Assembly: GCA_016867725.1 (NCBI GenBank)
Contig: VGIX01000002.1
Coordinates: 36,314 to 100,313 of the forward strand
Length of the DNA stretch: 64,000 nucleotides
Direction of reading: 5' to 3'
DNA from: Candidatus Effluviviaceae Genus I sp.
GTDB taxonomy: Bacteria; Joyebacterota; Joyebacteria; Joyebacterales; Joyebacteraceae
A program made the position numbers and the translations under genes. Below are positions 58,588 through 64,000 of this stretch, in pieces. The notes beneath the pieces are model-generated. The model worked only from the letters and a program-made list of their open reading frames with translations, did not search any database and was not told the origin of the DNA. Numbering within the stretch: position 1 is the stretch's first letter; the number at the start of each line of letters is the position of its first letter.

Positions 58588-61269
58588 ATGAGTGACCGCA
58601 TGTCAGCGACGCAGCTCCGGGACGCCTTCATCCGGTTCTTCAAGGACCGAGGCCACGAGACCGTCCCGAGCGCGCCGCTCATCCCGAAGGACGACCCGAC
58701 GCTCCTCTTCACCTCGGCCGGCATGGTCCCCTTCAAGCCCCACTACCTTGCCGAGCGCCCCCCGTACAGGCGGGCGGTCTCCGTGCAGCGCTGCCTGCGG
58801 CTGTCGGACCTCGATGAGGTCGGTCACACGCCCTACCACGCCACGTTCTTCGAGATGCTCGGGAACTTCTCGTTCGGCGACTACTTCAAGCGCGAAGCCA
58901 TCGAGTGGGCGTGGGAGTTCCTCACGGAGGTCGTGCGGCTTCCGGAGCATCTCCTCTGGGTCACCGTGCACGCCGACGACGAGGCCGCCGCGGAGCTGTG
59001 GAAGACCGCGGTCGGCTTCCCGGCCGAGCGCATCGTCCTCCTGGGCGACAAGGACAACTTCTGGGGTCCGGCGGGCGATTCCGGACCGTGCGGCCCCTGC
59101 TCCGAGATCCACTACGACATGGGGCCCGAGCTCGGCTGCGGCCGCCCGGACTGCAGGCCCGGCTGCGACTGCAGGCGCTACTTCGAGGTCTGGAACCTGG
59201 TCTTCCCGCAGTACCTCCAGCGGAAGGACGGGACGCGCGTTCCCCTCGCGCGGCCCGGCATCGACACCGGGAGCGGGCTCGAGCGCCTCGCCTCCGTGGT
59301 CCAGGGCGTCGGGAGCATCTTTGAGACCGACATTCTCCGACCGGTGGTCGATGCGGTGCGGGACGAGGTCGAGAACGCGGGCGGCGCGCGCCCGAGCGGC
59401 CCGGTCGGCACGGAGCTCGCGGTTGTCGCCGACCACGCGCGCGCCGCGACGTTTGCGATCGCGGAGGGCATCCTGCCGTCGAACGAGGCGCACGGGTACG
59501 TGGTCAGGCGGCTCGTGCGCCGGGCCGTGCGCCGCGGGCTCTCGCTCGGGATCAAGGGGCCGTTCGTGTACCGCGTGGGCGGCGTCGTGGTCGAAACGAT
59601 GAAGGGCGCCCATCCGCATCTGGCGGCCAAGCGTGAGCACATCGCGCTCGTCCTGAAGTCGGAGGAGGAGCGGTTCGACGCGACCATCGCGCAGGGCACG
59701 GCGGTGTTCGAGGAGATCGCCGAGTCGGTGAGGGGGTCGGGGGCGACGACGATCCCCGGCGAGCGGGCGTTCGCGCTGTACGACACGTACGGGTTCCCGC
59801 TGGACCTCACGGAGGAGATGGCGCGCGAGCGCGGGCTGTCCGTGGACACGGCCGGCGCGGCGGCCGCGATGAAGGCGCAGAAGGAGCGGGCGCGGCGGGC
59901 ATCGGCGTTCGCCGGCGCGGCCGGAGAGCGGGCGGCGTGGCGCGGCGCGAGCCGTCCGGGAACCGACTCGGTGTTCGTCGGCGGGGACCTCGGCGCGTCC
60001 GTCGGACCCGAGGCAGAGGAGGCCGTGGGGCCGCTGCTGTCGGATCCGGTGGAGACCGAGGTCGTGGCCGTTCGGGCGGGGCGGACGCCGGGGGACACGG
60101 AGTTCGTGGTGACGCGCACGCCGTTCTACGCGGAGGCAGGCGGGCAGGTGTCGGACGCGGGGCGCGTCGAGGCCGCGGGGGCCGCGGCAGACGTCGTGAA
60201 CGTCTCCCTCGAGGACGGCCGCGCGGTGCACGTCGCGCGAGGCCTCGCGGCTGACTTCGGTGGCGCGTCCGTGCGCCTCCGGGTGGACCTCGCGAGGCGC
60301 CGGAGGACCGAGAAGAACCACACGGCGACGCACCTCCTGCAGGCCGCCCTCCGCCGAACGCTCGGCGACCACGTGCACCAGTCGGGCTCCTGGGTTGGGC
60401 CCGACCGCCTGCGTTTCGACTTCACGCACTTCTCGGCGCTCACCGAGACGGAGACCGCGCTCGTTGAGGACACGGTGAACGCATGGATCAGGAGCGACCT
60501 GGCGGTGCGTCCCGAGGAGACAGCGATCGACGACGCGCTGAGTCGTGGGGCGATGGCCCTCTTCGGCGAGAAGTACGGCGAGCGGGTGCGCTGCGTGTCG
60601 GTCGGCGGTGTGAGCCTCGAGCTGTGCGGCGGGACCCACGTCAGGCGAACCGGCGAGATCGGCTCGTTCTCTGTCATCTCGGAGACGAGCGTGGCATCCG
60701 GCGTCCGGAGGATCGAGGCGGTCACCGGGGTCGAGGCGGTCCGCCGCGCCCGGCTGCTGGCGGCCTCGGGCAAGCGGGTCGCCGAGGCCCTGCGGACGAC
60801 ACCGGATGCGGCGGCGGCGCGCGCCGAGGAGCTCATTGCCGAGATCGCGTCGCTCAGGAAGGACGCCGCCCGCGCGCGGCTGCGGGCGTCTGGCGAGGGG
60901 ATGGCGTCCATCGCGGGGGGCGCGCGCGACGTGGCGGGGGTGCGGGTTGTCGCGGCCCGCGTCGATGCCGCGGACGTCCCTTCGCTTCGCGAGCAGGCGG
61001 ACCGCCTCCGCGACGCTCTGGGGAGCGGCGTGGGCGTGCTCGGCGCGGAGATCGACGGGACCGCCGTGGTCATCGCGGTCGTGAGCGACGACCTCGCGGA
61101 CGCGAAGCGGCTTGCGGCCGGCGACGTGGTCCGTGAGGCGGCCGCGCTCATGGGCGGGCGAGGCGGGGGCAAGCCCCGGCTCGCGCAGGCCGGCGGCGGC
61201 GACCCGGCGAAGCTCGGCGGGGCGCTGGAGTCGGTGTACCAGGTGGTGGAGCGCCTCCTTGGGCGCTAG
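58588..61269 (+). CDS. alaS: Alanine--tRNA ligase
   Basis: FKDRGHETVPSAPLIPKDDPTLLFTSAGMVPFKP. Editing-domain HxxxH/CxxxH (TATHLLQAAL...LELCGGTHV). C-Ala domain. The ATG at 58588 overlaps the recX stop; the ATG at 58600 is the alternative. Confidence 0.9.
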   Translation: MSDRMSATQLRDAFIRFFKDRGHETVPSAPLIPKDDPTLLFTSAGMVPFKPHYLAERPPYRRAVSVQRCLRLSDLDEVGHTPYHATFFEMLGNFSFGDYFKREAIEWAWEFLTEVVRLPEHLLWVTVHADDEAAAELWKTAVGFPAERIVLLGDKDNFWGPAGDSGPCGPCSEIHYDMGPELGCGRPDCRPGCDCRRYFEVWNLVFPQYLQRKDGTRVPLARPGIDTGSGLERLASVVQGVGSIFETDILRPVVDAVRDEVENAGGARPSGPVGTELAVVADHARAATFAIAEGILPSNEAHGYVVRRLVRRAVRRGLSLGIKGPFVYRVGGVVVETMKGAHPHLAAKREHIALVLKSEEERFDATIAQGTAVFEEIAESVRGSGATTIPGERAFALYDTYGFPLDLTEEMARERGLSVDTAGAAAAMKAQKERARRASAFAGAAGERAAWRGASRPGTDSVFVGGDLGASVGPEAEEAVGPLLSDPVETEVVAVRAGRTPGDTEFVVTRTPFYAEAGGQVSDAGRVEAAGAAADVVNVSLEDGRAVHVARGLAADFGGASVRLRVDLARRRRTEKNHTATHLLQAALRRTLGDHVHQSGSWVGPDRLRFDFTHFSALTETETALVEDTVNAWIRSDLAVRPEETAIDDALSRGAMALFGEKYGERVRCVSVGGVSLELCGGTHVRRTGEIGSFSVISETSVASGVRRIEAVTGVEAVRRARLLAASGKRVAEALRTTPDAAAARAEELIAEIASLRKDAARARLRASGEGMASIAGGARDVAGVRVVAARVDAADVPSLREQADRLRDALGSGVGVLGAEIDGTAVVIAVVSDDLADAKRLAAGDVVREAAALMGGRGGGKPRLAQAGGGDPAKLGGALESVYQVVERLLGR

Positions 61270-61297
61270 GCCCGACGCGGGGCCGCGGAGGGACTGC

Positions 61298-62092
61298 ATG
61301 GCCGGCGGGGGAGCGGTGTGGGGGCGCCTCATGCGCGGGATCGAGACGCTGGGCGCGCTCTATCTCGTCCTCCTGGATCCCGACGGCCGCGCTCCGGAGA
61401 ACAGCGCGCGCCTCGCCGCGAGCGCGGAGGCCGCGGGAGCCGATGCCGTCCTCGTGGGCGGAAGCCTGTCGCTTCGCGGACGCGTCGCCGAGTGCGTCCG
61501 CGCGGTGAAGGGTCGCGTCGGCATCCCCGTGATCATCTTCCCCGGGAACGCCGGCTTCGTGGTCCCGGACGCCGACGCCATCCTGTTCCTGTCGCTCGTG
61601 AGCGGGCGGAACCCGGAGCTTCTCATCGGCGAGCACGTGCGGTCGGCGCCGGCGATCCGCGAACTGGGGATCGAGCCCATCCCGACGGCGTACCTCCTCG
61701 TGGAGAGCGGCTCGACGACGTCGGTGGAGTTCATGAGCGGCACGCGCCCGCTTCCGAGGACCAAGCCCGACATCGCGATGGCGCACGCTCTGGCCGCCCA
61801 GTACCTCGGCATGCGCCTCGCCTTCTTCGACGCCGGGAGCGGAGCCCGCGATCCCGTGCCGGCGGAGATCGTGGCGGCGGTGTCGTCCTTCGTGGACATC
61901 CCGGTCATGGTCGGCGGAGGCATCCGGTCGCCCGAAACGGCCGTGGAGCTCGTGCGCGCGGGCGCGAGGCTCGTCGTCACGGGAGACGTCATCGAGCGCA
62001 CCGGCGACGTCTCGCTGCTGGAGGCCTTCGCGGCCGCGGTGCACGGCGCTGGGCGCCGGGCCGGCGGCGCGACGTTGCGGGAGGAGGGGTAG
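61298..62092 (+). CDS. GGGP synthase/PcrB-family prenyl-glyceryl-phosphate synthase (TIM barrel)
   Basis: LDPD, IPVIIFPGN, DAILFLSLVSGRNPE, PTAYLLVESGSTTS, LAFFDAGSG, IPVMVGGGIRS and VVTGDVIE match PcrB/GGGPS conserved blocks. GGAGGG RBS before the ATG at 61298; ATG at 61331 (MRGIETL) is the alternative. Confidence 0.75.
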   Translation: MAGGGAVWGRLMRGIETLGALYLVLLDPDGRAPENSARLAASAEAAGADAVLVGGSLSLRGRVAECVRAVKGRVGIPVIIFPGNAGFVVPDADAILFLSLVSGRNPELLIGEHVRSAPAIRELGIEPIPTAYLLVESGSTTSVEFMSGTRPLPRTKPDIAMAHALAAQYLGMRLAFFDAGSGARDPVPAEIVAAVSSFVDIPVMVGGGIRSPETAVELVRAGARLVVTGDVIERTGDVSLLEAFAAAVHGAGRRAGGATLREEG

Positions 62093-62096
62093 CCAC

Positions 62097-63161
62097 ATCC
62101 GAGCACTGGTCCTTTCGGGAGGGCGCGGCACGCGTCTGAGGCCGATCACGCACACGAGCGCCAAGCAGCTCGTGCCCATCGCCAACAAGCCCATTCTCTT
62201 CTACGGCCTCGAGGCCATCCGGGACGCCGGCATCGTCGACGTCGGCATCGTGGTGGGCGAGACACACCGCGACATCGAGGCGGCGGTGGGCGACGGGGCG
62301 CGGTTCGGACTGCGCGTCACATACATCAGGCAGGAAGCCCCCCTCGGCCTCGCGCACGCGGTCAAGATCTCCCGCGACTACCTTCGCGACGAGCCCTTCG
62401 TCATGTATCTCGGCGACAACCTCATCAAGGGCGGCATCGCCGCCTTCGTCGAGGAGTTCGGCCGGTTTTGCCCGAACGCGCAGATCCTGCTCGCGCGCGT
62501 GCGGAACCCGCAGGAGTTCGGCGTCGCCGAGCTGTCGGGCGAGCGCGTCGTCCGGCTTGAGGAGAAGCCGGCCCATCCGAGGTCCGACCTCGCGCTCGTC
62601 GGCGTGTACATGTTCGACGCGACCGTCTTCGACGCCGTGGACCGTCTGAAGCCGTCCAGGCGCAACGAGCTCGAGATCACGGACGCCATCCAGGGCCTCG
62701 TGGACGCGGGGCGCTCCGTGCGGGCGCACGAGGTGACCGGATGGTGGAAGGACACGGGGAAGCTCGACGACATCCTCGAGGCCAACCGCATGATCCTCGA
62801 GGGAGCGGCGCCGGACGTGCGCGGCCTTGTGAACGCGGCCTCGCGGATCGACGGCAGCGTTGTGGTCGAGGAGGGCGCGGTCGTGGAGGACAGCGTGCTC
62901 CGTGGCCCCCTCATCGTGGGGCAGCGCTCGAGGATCGTGCGTTCGTACATCGGGCCCTTCACCTCGATCTACCACGACGTCGTCGTCGAGAGTTCGGAGA
63001 TCGAGCACAGCATCGTGCTCGAGAACTGCAGGATCGTGAACCTGAGGCAGCGCATCGAGCGGAGCCTCATCGGCAAGGACGTGGAGATCGTGAAGTGCGC
63101 GAGCATGCCGAAGGCGTATCGCTTCATGGTGGGGGACGCCAGCCGCATCGAGGTGCCGTGA
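62097..63161 (+). CDS. rmlA: Glucose-1-phosphate thymidylyltransferase, long form with C-terminal LbH; apparent non-canonical start
   Basis: The essential N-terminal motif IRALVLSGGRGTRLRPITHTSAKQLVPIANKPIL starts at 62097. That is 25 codons upstream of the first canonical start (GTG at 62172) in this frame. GGGAGGAGGGG sits 7 nt before ATC at 62097. Confidence 0.65.
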   Translation: MRALVLSGGRGTRLRPITHTSAKQLVPIANKPILFYGLEAIRDAGIVDVGIVVGETHRDIEAAVGDGARFGLRVTYIRQEAPLGLAHAVKISRDYLRDEPFVMYLGDNLIKGGIAAFVEEFGRFCPNAQILLARVRNPQEFGVAELSGERVVRLEEKPAHPRSDLALVGVYMFDATVFDAVDRLKPSRRNELEITDAIQGLVDAGRSVRAHEVTGWWKDTGKLDDILEANRMILEGAAPDVRGLVNAASRIDGSVVVEEGAVVEDSVLRGPLIVGQRSRIVRSYIGPFTSIYHDVVVESSEIEHSIVLENCRIVNLRQRIERSLIGKDVEIVKCASMPKAYRFMVGDASRIEVP

Positions 63162-63186
63162 CGCGCGCGCCGCAGGGGGGAAGACC

Positions 63187-64000
63187 GTGAGGCGCGTTCT
63201 CGTCACGGGCGCCGCGGGCATGCTCGGGTCGGAGCTGGTGCGGACGCTCGCCGCCACCTCCGACGTCGTCGCGGCCGACCTGGCGGACTTCGACATCGCG
63301 GACCCCGAGGCGACGCGGGCGGCCGTCCTCTCCGCGGCACCGGACGTCGTCGTGAACTGCGCGGCGTACACCGACGTCGACGGCGCCGAGAAGGACAGGG
63401 AGAGGGCTTTCGCCGTCAACGCCGCAGGCGCGGGGAACGTGGCCCGCGCGGCGGCAGGGGTCGGCGCCGCGGTCGTCCACGTGAGCACGGACTACGTGTT
63501 CGACGGCGCAAACGCCGCTCCGTACCGGGAGGAGGACGCGCCAGGCCCCGTCAACGCGTACGGGGAGTCCAAGCTGGCCGGGGAGCGGGAGGTGGCCGAG
63601 GCCGGCGGCCGGGCCCTCATCGCGCGGACGGCGTGGCTCTACGGGCGCGGAGGCCGCAACTTCGTCGAGACGGTCCTCACGCTCGCGAGGCGCGGGGGAC
63701 CGCTTCGGATCGTGAACGACCAGGTGGGCCCCCCGACGAGCGCGCGCGACCTCTCGGTCATCATCGCCGAGCTGATCCCGACGGGGGCGACCGGCGTCGT
63801 GCACGCCACGAACTCGGGCAGCTGCTCGTGGTACGAGTTCGCGCGGGCGATTCTCGCGGCGGCCGGCGTCCGGGGTGTCGATGTGCGTCCCATCCGGACG
63901 GCGGAGCTGCCGCGCCCGGCGGCGCGGCCCTCGTACTCGGTCCTGTCGCTCGATCGTCTTGTCTCCCTGACCGGCTGGCTCCCGAGGTCATGGGAAGAGG
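63187..64000 (+). CDS. rmlD: dTDP-4-dehydrorhamnose reductase, 3'-truncated by the window edge
   Basis: VRRVLVTGAAGMLGSELV Rossmann, VVNCAAYTDVDGAEKDRERAFAVN and YGESKLAGE (YxxxK) motifs. GTG at 63187. Runs off the window end. Confidence 0.75.
   Translation, partial: MRRVLVTGAAGMLGSELVRTLAATSDVVAADLADFDIADPEATRAAVLSAAPDVVVNCAAYTDVDGAEKDRERAFAVNAAGAGNVARAAAGVGAAVVHVSTDYVFDGANAAPYREEDAPGPVNAYGESKLAGEREVAEAGGRALIARTAWLYGRGGRNFVETVLTLARRGGPLRIVNDQVGPPTSARDLSVIIAELIPTGATGVVHATNSGSCSWYEFARAILAAAGVRGVDVRPIRTAELPRPAARPSYSVLSLDRLVSLTGWLPRSWEE

Overview
This is a 64 kb, roughly 70% GC window of bacterial chromosome carrying core housekeeping genes, almost all on the + strand. No integrase, transposase or CRISPR is present. 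The long minus-strand ORFs in the track are mostly mirror ORFs of + strand genes, as is typical of high-GC DNA.

Genes in order:
- A partial phosphoglucose/phosphomannose isomerase (SIS) gene and a sugar-1-phosphate nucleotidyltransferase.
- metK and ahcY (methyl cycle).
- Two tandem LptF/LptG-family permease genes on the - strand.
- A 2020-aa SprA-like giant outer-membrane beta-barrel gene whose stop overlaps the start of a glutaminyl-cyclase (M28) lipoprotein gene.
- rimP-nusA-infB-DUF503-rbfA-truB-ribF, then rpsO-pnp-dut.
- A UbiA-family prenyltransferase gene, trkH-trkA and asnS.
- On the - strand, ArnT/ArnC/ArnE-like glycosylation genes followed by glnA.
- A cyclophilin lipoprotein gene, two TPR protein genes, an iscS/nifS-like gene and an HExxH membrane protein gene.
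- A tRNA cluster (Ser-TGA, Ser-GCT, Arg-ACG), an acidic orphan lipoprotein gene and a membrane-anchored SbcD/SbcC paralogue pair.
- A sensor histidine kinase gene and a receiver-GGDEF response regulator gene.
- tadA, followed by a second tRNA cluster (Ser-CGA, Ser-GGA, Ala-CGC).
- SRP RNA, then dnaX-ybaB-recR.
- A four-subunit pyruvate:ferredoxin oxidoreductase, porGDAB.
- pgpA, cinA, thpR, recA, recX and alaS.
- A GGGPS/PcrB-family prenyl-glyceryl-phosphate synthase gene, then rmlA with an apparent non-canonical start and a partial rmlD.

Several sigma70-type promoters with TTGACA-N17 spacing and an extended -10 (TGnTAGCTT or TAGAGT) can be read directly.

The most notable signals:
- The SprA-like translocon and glutaminyl-cyclase gene pair.
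- Archaeal-type ether-lipid genes (GGGPS plus a UbiA prenyltransferase) in a bacterium.
- A Rad50-like ATPase whose zinc hook is replaced by a transmembrane hairpin.
- An rmlA gene with no canonical start codon.
- tadA sitting in the same segment as its substrate tRNA-Arg(ACG).

Gene content (SprA-like gene, porGDAB, GGGPS) suggests an anaerobic member of the FCB-group or a related candidate phylum, but that is inference.
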